From assembly GCA_019894975.1 (NCBI GenBank), contig JAGXNO010000001.1, positions 1 to 64,000 on the forward strand: DNA of 64,000 nucleotides. Reading direction: 5' to 3'. Shown one piece after another: positions 38,869-48,783 of this stretch. Origin of the DNA: Promethearchaeota archaeon (lineage in GTDB: Archaea > Asgardarchaeota > Lokiarchaeia > Sigyniarchaeales > SOKP01). Under the pieces are notes generated by a model. It was not told the origin of the DNA. It saw only the letters and a program-made list of their open reading frames with translations, and did no database searches. Both the position numbers and the translations under genes were made by a program. How positions within the stretch are numbered: position 1 is the stretch's first letter; every line of letters starts with the position of its first letter.

Positions 38869-39153
38869 TTGAATTCTAAGACAATGGATTATCAGAAAGA
38901 ATTTAAAAAAACTTTACTATCAAAACCACATTGTACATTGGGCAAGCAGGGAATAACTGAAGAGTTTATCCTGCATGTTATTAAACTACTGAAAAGATAT
39001 AAAATAATTAAGATAAAGGCATTAAAAACAATCGCTTCTAAATCAAATATCGATAGTATTGCAGATGAAATTTCAAAATTAACAAGTTCTTACTTGTTGG
39101 ATGTAAGAGGTAAGATTTTCATTCTTTCATTAAAACCCATTAAGGAAAATTAA
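38869..39153 (+). CDS. YhbY/CRM RNA-binding protein
   Basis: LGKQGIT, IIKIK, VRGKIFIL. Confidence 0.85.
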   Translation: MNSKTMDYQKEFKKTLLSKPHCTLGKQGITEEFILHVIKLLKRYKIIKIKALKTIASKSNIDSIADEISKLTSSYLLDVRGKIFILSLKPIKEN

Positions 39154-39178
39154 TCAAACGACTGCTTAACTAATTTAT

Positions 39179-39517
39179 ATGACTAGGAAAAATAGAAATT
39201 ATAAGCCTATAATAAAAAAAATTGCATATAGTAGGATAAACTATTTGCTTCAAAGAGCTCATGAAATATTTCCTCTTAATAAACCATTAGCAAATAGATA
39301 TACGTATTTAGCTAGCCGTTATTCTCAAAGAGCAAAAATTAAAATTCCTTATACCTGGAAAAAACGTTTATGTAAAAAATGTAAAAGATTTTTATATCCT
39401 GGATTGAATTATAGAGTCAGGTTACATTCTCATAGAGGAAAAGGTTCCCATGTGTCTCTAACATGCTTCGAATGCAATAAAACAACCAGGTATTATATCA
39501 AAACTATAGGTGATTAG
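39179..39517 (+). CDS. rnp4: RNase P protein Rpp21
   Basis: IA..RI..L, LANRY, KRLCKKC...PG...RVRL...TCFEC. Confidence 0.92.
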   Translation: MTRKNRNYKPIIKKIAYSRINYLLQRAHEIFPLNKPLANRYTYLASRYSQRAKIKIPYTWKKRLCKKCKRFLYPGLNYRVRLHSHRGKGSHVSLTCFECNKTTRYYIKTIGD

Positions 39518-39556
39518 AAAGATCATTGAAAATTAAACTATTAATTTAAATTAACT

Positions 39557-40231
39557 ATGCCTTTAATCATATTTTTAGTGGAATGTGGTATTGAATTAAT
39601 ACCCAAAGAAATTAGAAGCCATTCTGCTGTAAGAAAAAATCTTTCAGCGCAAATATACTCATCACAACTATTAGATAACGCTCTGCACCATAGTGCTATG
39701 GTAAATTTAAAAAATTCTGAAAAGAGAGGACGACCCGACATCGCTCATTTAAGTTTACTAAATGCTTTAGGATCACCTTTGAATAAAAATGGAAATCTCC
39801 GATTATTTTTACATACCATAAAAAACAAAATTTATGAATTCAATCCAGATATAAGAATATCCAGAAATTACAACCGCTTTAAAGGATTAATGGCAAAACT
39901 TTTGATTGATAACGATATCAACGTAAATGGTACAAAGTTGATTTCATTATTCAATGGAACTATTCAAGATCTTCTAAGCACTTTTAAAGATCCTAAAATC
40001 CTTCAATTTTCAAAGAAAGGTAAATTAATACAAAATTATAACGAATTATTTCTTGGAGACATATCTAAAAATAATATAGCAATTATTGGTGGATTTCAGA
40101 AGAGTACCTTCTCAGATGAATTTTTAGATTTATCTAAAAACTTAATTTCTATATCTAATTATTCATTGGACGCTTGGGTGGTCGTAGGTAAGGTTATCAA
40201 TTTTTATGAATTATCTCATAATATAATCTAA
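39557..40231 (+). CDS. nep1: rRNA small-subunit pseudouridine methyltransferase Nep1
   Basis: KRGRPDIAH, SPLN, RNYNRFKGLM, IGGF. Confidence 0.93.
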   Translation: MPLIIFLVECGIELIPKEIRSHSAVRKNLSAQIYSSQLLDNALHHSAMVNLKNSEKRGRPDIAHLSLLNALGSPLNKNGNLRLFLHTIKNKIYEFNPDIRISRNYNRFKGLMAKLLIDNDINVNGTKLISLFNGTIQDLLSTFKDPKILQFSKKGKLIQNYNELFLGDISKNNIAIIGGFQKSTFSDEFLDLSKNLISISNYSLDAWVVVGKVINFYELSHNII

Positions 40232-40305
40232 ATACGCTAAAAAGAGAAAAGTTAAAAGAAATTAACCACTCAATTTAATACTAATTTCATTCAAAAATGT
40301 ATCAA

Positions 40306-40377
40306 GCGCTCGTTGTGTAGCGGTTATCATCCAGGACTTCCAATTCTGGGACCCGGGTTCAATTCCCGGCGAGCGCA
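40306..40377 (+). tRNA. tRNA-Gly(TCC)
   Basis: Acceptor GCGCTCG/CGAGCGC, anticodon arm CAGGA-CTTCCAA-TTCTG, T-loop TTCAATT. Confidence 0.95.
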
Positions 40378-40633
40378 CACTTTAAATTTAATATTGTTTT
40401 AGGATTTATAACTTTCTTGGTAATTTTTATTTTTTAAAATCCAAAAAATTATATTTACAAACTTGTATGTTATATATGAAAAAACGTCAGCTAAATTTTT
40501 TTTTTTCATTTCCATATTAGATCACTTTTTTATTTATCTGGCGTTTTTTCCTTTTCTATAGAGGACTATGATGCTTCCAATAATCTTATATTATTAATTT
40601 TATTATGAAAATACAGAACTATTACTCGCAATC

Positions 40634-41770
40634 ATGGTTAATTATAGATATAAAGAATTTAAATCTGTTATAAACAAATTGAAATATCCTGATTCTTGGT
40701 TTTGGTCTCGGTACACTTTAAATTCTTATTCGGGATGTGCTCACGCATGCATTTATTGTGATGCTCGGAGTGATCGATATTATCTAGAAGATTTTGAAAA
40801 TGAAGTTATAATTAAGCAAGATTTTGATAAAAAATTGGACTTAAGACTAAAACGAGCTCGAACACTGTTACCAGATGTCATTGCTGCAGGAGGAATCAAC
40901 GATTCTTATCAACCGGTTGAAAAAGAGGTTGAACAAACAAGAAAAGTGCTACAAGTTATCGCAAAACATAAATTTCCCCTTAACATAGCAACAAAATCAA
41001 AACTCATTACTCGGGATATTGATATTCTCAATAATATTGCTGAAGACTCATGGTGTACAATCGGGTTTTCAATAAGTACAATAAATGAAGAACTTGCGAA
41101 TTTTTTAGAACCTTACTCTTCCCCTCCTTCTGAAAGATTTAACGCTTTAAAAATGATTAAAAAAGGAGCGTCGAATATTCAAGTAGGTACATATTTTATG
41201 CCAATTATCCCGTTTCTAGCTGATGACGATTATAATATGGGAGATGTGATAAAACAATCAAAGAACGCTGGTGCTGATTTTATTTTGTTTTCTCCCGGTT
41301 TAACATTGCGCGATTCTCAAGCTGCATATTTTATAAAAAAGCTAAGAAATAGTAAATATAAACAGACTGTTAAACCTTTACTCGAACTATATAAAGGTCA
41401 AATTTATCCTCCTGGTCATTATGTAAGAAACCTTCATTTAAAATTATTGAAGTTATGTGAAAAGTATAATCTGGCTGTTAGAGTAAAAAGGTGGATTCCT
41501 TCTGATTACCGCAAATGGAATTATAAGATCTCAGAACTTTTGCTAAATAAAGAATACATGAACTCCTTAAGAACAGGTAAATCAAATAAAAAGCTGATGT
41601 GGGCTGGCTTAAATTTAAATAATTTGGAAGAATCAATAGTAGATGTCTATAATAGAGGAGATTTGCATATGGTAAAAAACTTTAATTCCAAAATAATTGA
41701 ATTTATAGCACCTTATTTAGAAAAAAGTAAGGAATTAAAACAAAAACAGGGGTTAGAAAAATTTCTCTGA
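40634..41770 (+). CDS. Radical SAM protein, SplB/Rv2578c-like (probable DNA repair)
   Basis: YSGCAHACIYC, DSYQPVE, TKS, LEP, MPIIPFL; next to alkD. Confidence 0.82.
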   Translation: MVNYRYKEFKSVINKLKYPDSWFWSRYTLNSYSGCAHACIYCDARSDRYYLEDFENEVIIKQDFDKKLDLRLKRARTLLPDVIAAGGINDSYQPVEKEVEQTRKVLQVIAKHKFPLNIATKSKLITRDIDILNNIAEDSWCTIGFSISTINEELANFLEPYSSPPSERFNALKMIKKGASNIQVGTYFMPIIPFLADDDYNMGDVIKQSKNAGADFILFSPGLTLRDSQAAYFIKKLRNSKYKQTVKPLLELYKGQIYPPGHYVRNLHLKLLKLCEKYNLAVRVKRWIPSDYRKWNYKISELLLNKEYMNSLRTGKSNKKLMWAGLNLNNLEESIVDVYNRGDLHMVKNFNSKIIEFIAPYLEKSKELKQKQGLEKFL

Positions 41771-41802
41771 TAAATGTAATAACCCATGAAATTATCGAAG
41801 AA

Positions 41803-42507
41803 TTGAAAAACACTGCTCCTAAATTAACAACCGAACAGATTGATAGACGAAATAAAATATTAAATTCCAATAATCCAAACTTTTATGGATATGGTCATAA
41901 GCTATCTGATATAGAAAGAATTACTAGAACCATACATAAGAAGTATGAGTGTAGTTATGAGGATGCACTTTCTATTTGTAAAAGTTTTGTCAGTTCCAAT
42001 ATCCATGAAGAGAAGTTTTCCGGTATTTTTTTTCTCAATCACTTTAAAAGCAATTTTAATCAAACCACTATAAATTTTTTTGAGTTCCAATTATTGAATT
42101 ACTGTGATACTTGGGCTTTTTGTGATAGCTTTTGCATCAGGATTATTGGACCATTTCTCGGGAAAAAGAATAACCAGCAATTAGCTGAAAAAACTATTGA
42201 TAAATGGTCAAATTCTGAAAATCTTTGGGTTAGAAGAGCATCTCTGGTAATTCTTCTTAAAATTGTAATGATAAAAAGAGAATTCAATGAGGAATATGTA
42301 TTTAAAATAATAGAAAAAATGCTTAAATACCCCGAAGATTATATTCAGAAAGGAGTTGGTTGGCTCTTTAAAACCTGTTCAAAATTTAATCCTGATTCAA
42401 TTTTTCTTTACTTAATGAGTAATAAGAAAAGACTCCCTCACTTAATTCTAAGGTATGCTAGCGAAAAATTGCCTGAAGAAAAAAAAGTTAAGGTTTTAAA
42501 AAAATAA
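41803..42507 (+). CDS. alkD: AlkD-like DNA alkylation repair (HEAT-repeat) protein
   Basis: DTWAFCD, WSNSENLWVRRAS, EDYIQKGVGWL, LRYASEK. Confidence 0.85.
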   Translation: MKNTAPKLTTEQIDRRNKILNSNNPNFYGYGHKLSDIERITRTIHKKYECSYEDALSICKSFVSSNIHEEKFSGIFFLNHFKSNFNQTTINFFEFQLLNYCDTWAFCDSFCIRIIGPFLGKKNNQQLAEKTIDKWSNSENLWVRRASLVILLKIVMIKREFNEEYVFKIIEKMLKYPEDYIQKGVGWLFKTCSKFNPDSIFLYLMSNKKRLPHLILRYASEKLPEEKKVKVLKK

Positions 42508-42645
42508 AGTTCTCAATGTAAAATACATTAGGATGATATCAAAAACATAGTAAATAAGAAAAAATCCTTTAGAACCCTTTCAAAAGTATTAAATACTTTT
42601 AAGTCAAATTTATAATTAATCTAAAAAATTTTAGGTTAAGATTAT

Positions 42646-45027
42646 ATGAAATCTAGTGGAAGAAAAGCAGTATTTATAGTAAGTTTAGGAATAATCTTCA
42701 TAATTTCGAATGTTTACAATTACAATTTCTTCATTGATCAGCTGAATAATGATATAAATATACAAATTCGAGATGATCTTTATTTAAAAACCGCAAATTC
42801 AGAGATCTTTATAATTTCTCCTGAAAACAAGACTTACACGGAACCAATGAGTGGATATTATCCTGGAGTATATGGATTTGAAGATGAAATTATTGGGACA
42901 ACTGGAACCGATATACAATTTGTGGATTCATGGAATGGTGCTCCTACCTCTGCTTCAATTGAATCAGAAATAGGTGGACATAAAAATGTCTTAAGAGAAG
43001 AATATTCTGGAGCGACTCATGGTGATATCTTTCATTACTTTGATACTAACCATATTTCTGGGCAATACGAATTCTGGTTTCGATGTGGAAACCCGTTAAC
43101 AGTAAGCCAATTTCTCTTTATGGAAGGAGGTTTAGCCGGGCCACATCCTCAAGTTAGAGACGGTTTTTTTAATTACTATGATGGAGCACAACATAATCTA
43201 ATTCCATGTAATCCAGATCAATGGTATCAACTAAAATTTGAATGGTATTCGAATAATACGTTTGATATGTATGTAGACAGTACTAAAATATTGGTTGGAG
43301 GAGAAAATTTAAACAATATGACACTTGGTCCTGATAGAATTAGACTTACGGTATATGCAGTTACAACCAACTATTACGATGCAGTAGGTTATTCATGGGA
43401 CCCAGCTTATTTAGTTGGAGATAATTTGAATGAAGGTTTGTTGTTTAGCTTCGAAAATAGTACCACTCTTGATTGGATGGGTTATTCTTTAGATGGTCAG
43501 ACTAATAGAACAATTTTTGGGAATACAACTATTGCATTTCCTAATAGAGGATCACATATAATTCAAGTTTTTGGTAATGACTCTCTTGGTAATATATATC
43601 ATTCACCTATTCGGTATTTTAAAATCTTTTTAAATCTTACTGGGAGTCCAATATATATAAACGGTCCTGTTGATTGGAGTAATGCTATTCTCCAACCGTG
43701 GTGTTCTGGCTCTGGCACTTGGAGTGATCCATATATCATTGAATATTTAATGATCGATGGTCAAAATACTGATAGGTGTATAGAAATTAGAAATTCTAAT
43801 GTCTTTTTTATTATTAGGCATTGCATCATCTACAACGGGGTTTTTGCAGGAATTTTTTTAATGGATACTACTAATGGACAATTGATATGTAATAATATCT
43901 CCGATTGTGGGGGATTATATGGTGGTATATACTTTTATTCAAGTTGTAATAACAACACAATCTCAGGAAATACATTAAACAATAATGATTGGAGTGGGAT
44001 ACATATAGAAAGTGATTGCTATTTTAACACTATCTCAAGAAATTCATTTTACAATAATATTCAGTACGGGATAACTCTTACGGATAATAATGACTACAAT
44101 AACGTTACTGATAATTTTTTTTATTTTAATAATGATGGAGCAATTAGAATAACACCTGCTACTTCTGAGAATAATAGAATTGAAAGAAATATCATGGTGA
44201 GTAAGGATGCAAAATATATCAATGATGCTGGCACAAATACAATTCTCATCTCAAACTATTATCTTACTGGAATTCCATCTTTATTTATAGAAATTAGTGC
44301 CCAGTCGTTCTCAACATCAGAATTTATTATTATATTTAATGTCTCTAGTCAATGTATTAGTTTAGAAGTACTATTCCAATCTGTTCAAATATGGTGGAAC
44401 GGAGCTGTAGTACCTTCAGATAACATTACTGACCTTGGAAACGGTTTATATAATGTATCGTTATATCCGATATTTGTCGAATCAGGTGAAGCTCCAATCT
44501 TATTGAACATGACAATTGTAGCAACTTATCATAGAGATACGTATTTCGAAACATATCTCGATGTAGAACCTCCAGAAGTTGTTAAATTTTTACAAATAGA
44601 GATGACTGAAAGTTCTTATTCAACTGAACACTTCAATTTGACCTTCTATATATTTGATGAGAATAATCAGAGTGTTAACTCAACTATAATTCAGATGTGG
44701 TGGAATGGGAGCCTTGTCTCTGGTGATGTTATTAATCTTGGGAATGGACTATATTTTGTATCTTTAGCACCAATAACCGTTGCTCCTGGAGAAAATCCAA
44801 TATTGCTTACCATGATTGTTTCAGTTGATGGATATGAAGATAAACCTTTTGAAACATACATTGCAGTAGATCCTGATATCTTGGATAAAGACGGTGGAAG
44901 AGCTGCTGAAGAATTTCCTTTCGTATTAACCATTATTATCGCCTCATCAATCTCAGGTGGAATAGTAGCTGCTGGTGCTCTAATGTTTTTACTGCGTAAA
45001 AGAAAACAAATAAGTGAAGTTGCATGA
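42646..45027 (+). CDS. Membrane-anchored surface protein with NosD-like beta-helix and two Ig-like repeats
   Basis: N-terminal signal/TM; GSGTWSDPYIIE plus Asn-ladder repeats; duplicated WWNG...LGNGLY.VSL module; C-terminal TM followed by RKRK. Confidence 0.75.
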   Translation: MKSSGRKAVFIVSLGIIFIISNVYNYNFFIDQLNNDINIQIRDDLYLKTANSEIFIISPENKTYTEPMSGYYPGVYGFEDEIIGTTGTDIQFVDSWNGAPTSASIESEIGGHKNVLREEYSGATHGDIFHYFDTNHISGQYEFWFRCGNPLTVSQFLFMEGGLAGPHPQVRDGFFNYYDGAQHNLIPCNPDQWYQLKFEWYSNNTFDMYVDSTKILVGGENLNNMTLGPDRIRLTVYAVTTNYYDAVGYSWDPAYLVGDNLNEGLLFSFENSTTLDWMGYSLDGQTNRTIFGNTTIAFPNRGSHIIQVFGNDSLGNIYHSPIRYFKIFLNLTGSPIYINGPVDWSNAILQPWCSGSGTWSDPYIIEYLMIDGQNTDRCIEIRNSNVFFIIRHCIIYNGVFAGIFLMDTTNGQLICNNISDCGGLYGGIYFYSSCNNNTISGNTLNNNDWSGIHIESDCYFNTISRNSFYNNIQYGITLTDNNDYNNVTDNFFYFNNDGAIRITPATSENNRIERNIMVSKDAKYINDAGTNTILISNYYLTGIPSLFIEISAQSFSTSEFIIIFNVSSQCISLEVLFQSVQIWWNGAVVPSDNITDLGNGLYNVSLYPIFVESGEAPILLNMTIVATYHRDTYFETYLDVEPPEVVKFLQIEMTESSYSTEHFNLTFYIFDENNQSVNSTIIQMWWNGSLVSGDVINLGNGLYFVSLAPITVAPGENPILLTMIVSVDGYEDKPFETYIAVDPDILDKDGGRAAEEFPFVLTIIIASSISGGIVAAGALMFLLRKRKQISEVA

Positions 45028-45088
45028 TTTAAAAATTCAAATTTAAAATTTTTGGACTCTTTTTTTTAATCACCTCTAACTTGAGGAT

Positions 45089-45394
45089 GTGGCATCAAAA
45101 TCTGAAAATCTCTGGGTTAGAAGGGCATCTATGGTAATTCTGCTTAAAATTGTAGTGATAAAGAAAGAATTCGATGAGGAATATGTATTTGAATTAGTAG
45201 AAAACATGCTTAACTACACCGAAGATTATATTCAGAAAGGAATTGGGTGGCTCCTAAAAACCTGTTCTAAATTTAATCCTGATTCAATTTTTGGTTATTT
45301 GATGAACAATAAAGAAAGACTCCCTCGCTTAATCCTCAGATATAGTAGTGAAAAACTGTCAAATGAAAAAAGAAAACAAATTTTGAAGAAATAA
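45089..45394 (+). pseudogene. 3' fragment (C-terminal ~100 aa) of a second alkD copy
   Basis: 45095-45394 is colinear with 42208-42507, ~76% aa identity by eye; lacks the N-terminal half. Confidence 0.7.
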
Positions 45395-45504
45395 AATCCT
45401 TCCATTGCTCCTGCATTACTTTCGCAATATTTTAACAAAGCTATTTAAAATCTAAAATATAAATAACTATTTAACAGAATAACTTTAGAGATGAAAAAAG
45501 TAAA

Positions 45505-46533
45505 ATGCGAGCCGCAATACTTCAAGAAATTGGAAAAGTAAGTATAATGGATGTTCCTAAACCCTCTCCCGAACGTGGAGAAGCCCTAATAAAAATTACA
45601 ACTGCAGGTGTTTGTCATACAGACTTACATGTTGTGATGGGAGAATGGATGGAATTACCAACCCCACGCCCTTTAGGGCATGAAGGAATTGGTATAGTCG
45701 AGGAATTGGGCCCTGACTCGGGATCTGATATAAAAGTAGGTGATAGAGTTATATTGGGTCTTGGTGGAACAGGGGGATACTGGTGTGGAACCTGTGAGTA
45801 TTGTCTTTCGGGAGAAGCTATGTATTGTCCTGAAAGAAGACCCATATTCGGGATATTTAGTGAATATATTTCCGTATGGGCTCAATCTTTGGTAAAAATC
45901 CCTGATGAACTAAGTGATAATGAAGTTTCTCTAGCATGTGGAGGTTTAACAGCATATAGGGCAATCAAAAAACTTGAGAGTCTCAAAATATCTCCTGGTA
46001 AAAATATTGCCATTATTGGGGCTGCTGGTGGACTTGGTCATTATGGTGTGCAGATCGCAAAAAGTTTTGGGTATAAAGTCATTGGAGTCGATAAAGGCGC
46101 TGAAAAATTAGAGATCGTCAAAAATCTCGGCGCTGATTATGCAATAGATGCGAATGAAGTTGGGAAGTTTGTTGAAAAAGAGTTAGGGGGTGTTCAAGCA
46201 AGCATAGTATTTGCAGCTAATATTTCAGCTTATAATGTTGGAATAAAATTACTCAAAGTGGGGGGAACATTAATTGGGGTAGGCCTACCACCATTCAGTG
46301 AGGGATCGATGTCATTAACCCCATTTGAAGTAATAATGAGAAATTTACACATAACCGGATCCTTAACAGGTACTATAGAAGATATGAGAGAATTAGTTCA
46401 ATTAGCAGTAGAAGGCAAGGTTAAAACTCATATCGGTAGAACCGCAAATCTCTCAGAAATTAATGATGTATTTGAGGAAATGAGTAAAGGAAAATTCGTG
46501 GGAAGAGCTATTATTAATAATCTCATGAAATAA
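45505..46533 (+). CDS. Zinc-dependent alcohol dehydrogenase (MDR family)
   Basis: GVCHTDLH, GHEGIG, CGTCEYC...C, GAAGGLG. Confidence 0.93.
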   Translation: MRAAILQEIGKVSIMDVPKPSPERGEALIKITTAGVCHTDLHVVMGEWMELPTPRPLGHEGIGIVEELGPDSGSDIKVGDRVILGLGGTGGYWCGTCEYCLSGEAMYCPERRPIFGIFSEYISVWAQSLVKIPDELSDNEVSLACGGLTAYRAIKKLESLKISPGKNIAIIGAAGGLGHYGVQIAKSFGYKVIGVDKGAEKLEIVKNLGADYAIDANEVGKFVEKELGGVQASIVFAANISAYNVGIKLLKVGGTLIGVGLPPFSEGSMSLTPFEVIMRNLHITGSLTGTIEDMRELVQLAVEGKVKTHIGRTANLSEINDVFEEMSKGKFVGRAIINNLMK

Positions 46534-46557
46534 ACTAGAAAGACACTCATAAGTCCT

Positions 46558-47238
46558 ATGAAATATCTGGCAATCATTTTTGATCTATTTGGAACCCTTG
46601 TCGATAGCTATTCCGTTCAAGGCTACAACAGATTATTAGCAGATATGGCTTCAGCTCTCGAATTACCTACTGAAGATTTTTCAAGACTTTGGCGTGATAC
46701 AACTTATGAGCGTGGGATTGGGATTTTTAAAACCACCGAAGAGAGTATAAGATATATATGTAATAAACTTAAAATTTCTGTAAGTGATGATAACATTAGG
46801 AAATGCGAACAAATCAGATTAGAAACCACACGCAAAGCTTTAACTCCTAAAAATGGTGCTGTTGATATTTTAAAAAAATTAAGAGGATTAGAATACAAAA
46901 TCGGGTTAATTACAAATTGTTCTGCCGAAGTACCTCTTATGTGGAAAAATACAGAACTTTCTCATTTCTTTGATGTTACTATATTCTCCGCTTCAGTAGG
47001 CCTGAAAAAGCCTGACTCTCAAATATATAATTTAGCATGTGAACAATTGGAAGTCGAACCAAACGAATGCCTCTACTTTGGAGATGGTGATAGCGATGAA
47101 CTATCGGGAGCTTCTCAGCTAGGCATGGACGCTGTTATGATCCGTGATCCCAATGAGACGGATCCCTATCGCTTGGTTGAGGTAAATTGGGATGGAAGGA
47201 AAATTGAAATTTTCATAGAAATATTGGATCTACTTTGA
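46558..47238 (+). CDS. HAD-family hydrolase
   Basis: FDLFGTL, ITN, KKPD..IY, FGD. Confidence 0.9.
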   Translation: MKYLAIIFDLFGTLVDSYSVQGYNRLLADMASALELPTEDFSRLWRDTTYERGIGIFKTTEESIRYICNKLKISVSDDNIRKCEQIRLETTRKALTPKNGAVDILKKLRGLEYKIGLITNCSAEVPLMWKNTELSHFFDVTIFSASVGLKKPDSQIYNLACEQLEVEPNECLYFGDGDSDELSGASQLGMDAVMIRDPNETDPYRLVEVNWDGRKIEIFIEILDLL

Positions 47239-47370
47239 TATTATTGATTTTTCAATACTTCCATTTATAGACTAAAAATATTTTTATGAGATTCTTTACT
47301 TTAATTTCTATCTTATTTATTGATAATAATTTTTTATTTATCAAAAAATGAGAGAATACATCATTACCTA

Positions 47371-47508
47371 GCCAAGGTGGCGTAGCCCGGGAAGCTACAT
47401 TGCGAATATAACGTAATGTGCACCGAACGCACTAGACTGAAGATCTAGGTATCGAGAGTTCAAAAGTAAAATCCTTTTCGGATTTTATAGAAATTCTCTC
47501 CCTTGGCA
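47371..47508 (+). tRNA. tRNA-Phe(GAA) with two non-canonical introns (~47394-47427 D-arm, 47465-47494 T-loop)
   Basis: Acceptor GCCAAGG/CCTTGGC, anticodon arm CTAGA-CTGAAGA-TCTAG, T-stem GAGAG/CTCTC; removing 34 + 30 nt gives a 74-nt cloverleaf. Confidence 0.9.
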
Positions 47509-47536
47509 TATATTTTTTGTTTTCTAAATTTTCTTT

Positions 47537-48046
47537 CTAGGATTTTCGTCTGTCATCATTTTTTATAAATTCGCTAAAAATTTCATTTTTCTCATCAATA
47601 AACTCCCAAAATTCATCATAAAGTTCCTTAAGTGATTTAGATTTTTCTTTAGGTTTGATCACTGTCTCTGATTTTGGTAGATTTTTACGATTTGGTTTAT
47701 ATTCAAGATAATTCCCTTCTAAGATTAAATTTTCAAATAATTCCTTATCATCTTTGACATAATTTGTAGGTTGATATTTTTGGTCGATCTTTGTTTTTTC
47801 AAATTCAAAATCGACTCTCTGATAACCACGAACCATATAATTCTTGTCGACAAAGGCTTGAAATTGGTGTTTACAAACCAGACCCTTTGCGATTGACATA
47901 GTAGTTAAACCTTTTGCATTAGTAATAACCGACTTAGGGAAATCCAAGGCTTTCTCAGATTTACAGACGGGGCAGATAAATTGAATCTTGGCTGAATTAT
48001 CTAAAGGAGTAATATCTGTATCCTGAGAAAGTTTAGTAACTGCCAT
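47537..48046 (-). CDS. Hypothetical zinc-finger-like protein
   Basis: CPVC...C-x-H-x-F...VDKN..VRGYQ. Confidence 0.6.
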   Translation of the reverse strand: MAVTKLSQDTDITPLDNSAKIQFICPVCKSEKALDFPKSVITNAKGLTTMSIAKGLVCKHQFQAFVDKNYMVRGYQRVDFEFEKTKIDQKYQPTNYVKDDKELFENLILEGNYLEYKPNRKNLPKSETVIKPKEKSKSLKELYDEFWEFIDEKNEIFSEFIKNDDRRKS

Positions 48047-48151
48047 AATGAATCCTCTTTATAATATTTAGAAATTAAACATAAAAACTCCTTTATAAAT
48101 CTAAAGAGACTGAAATTATATCTAAAATATCTAATTTGAACCAAAATTTAT

Positions 48152-48694
48152 TTAGGTGTTTTTAGGATCAAATTTTAGATTCATGTTAGTTTCATCCAAC
48201 TCAAAACTAATAATTAAGTTTGACACCAAATCACTTTCAATCTTGAAAGAGTGTTTCCCTTCAGTTAATATATTTAGAGATTCTGAATCAAGTTTAATCA
48301 AAACACTAATTATATCTCCGTAGGCAATAGTTCTTCCACTAAATTTACCCTTAAGGATATCCTCCACTTTAAATTCTACTCCCTTGTGAAAAATTAAAAA
48401 TCTGTCCTTAATTATTTCCAAGTTAACTGAATCTTTTGAAATATTAATTGGGGTATCATCTATGAATAACTTAGCATATTCAGAGAAATCGAAATTATTT
48501 AAATCAAAACTCTTTAGACTAAAATTCCCAATTTCTAAGTTCTCAGGAATTACGAATGGTATTAATAAATTTTTTACTTTTATTTGGATTGAATCCCCTT
48601 TTCCATCTCCAGTAGTATCTACAGTTAATACACTTTCTTTTGGGGGGAAGATCTTCTTTATTAATACTTTAAATGCAGATAAATCAAACGTTAT
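48152..48694 (-). CDS. Hypothetical protein (probable ATA start; ORF track shows only the 3' half)
   Basis: Frame open from TTG 48421 up to ATA 48694, preceded by AGGT-TGA-TGA-AAT. Confidence 0.55.
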   Translation of the reverse strand: MTFDLSAFKVLIKKIFPPKESVLTVDTTGDGKGDSIQIKVKNLLIPFVIPENLEIGNFSLKSFDLNNFDFSEYAKLFIDDTPINISKDSVNLEIIKDRFLIFHKGVEFKVEDILKGKFSGRTIAYGDIISVLIKLDSESLNILTEGKHSFKIESDLVSNLIISFELDETNMNLKFDPKNT

Positions 48695-48783
48695 ATTTCA
48701 TCAACCTATTAATCTGTATTGATAGTTTCTATTAATTAAAAATTAAAAATTTTGCGAAAAAATCAATAAAATCTTGTTTAGGA

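Noticed and set aside
40378-47370. Integrated mobile element between tRNA-Gly and tRNA-Phe
   Set aside because: No integrase or transposase and no duplicated tRNA 3' end seen.
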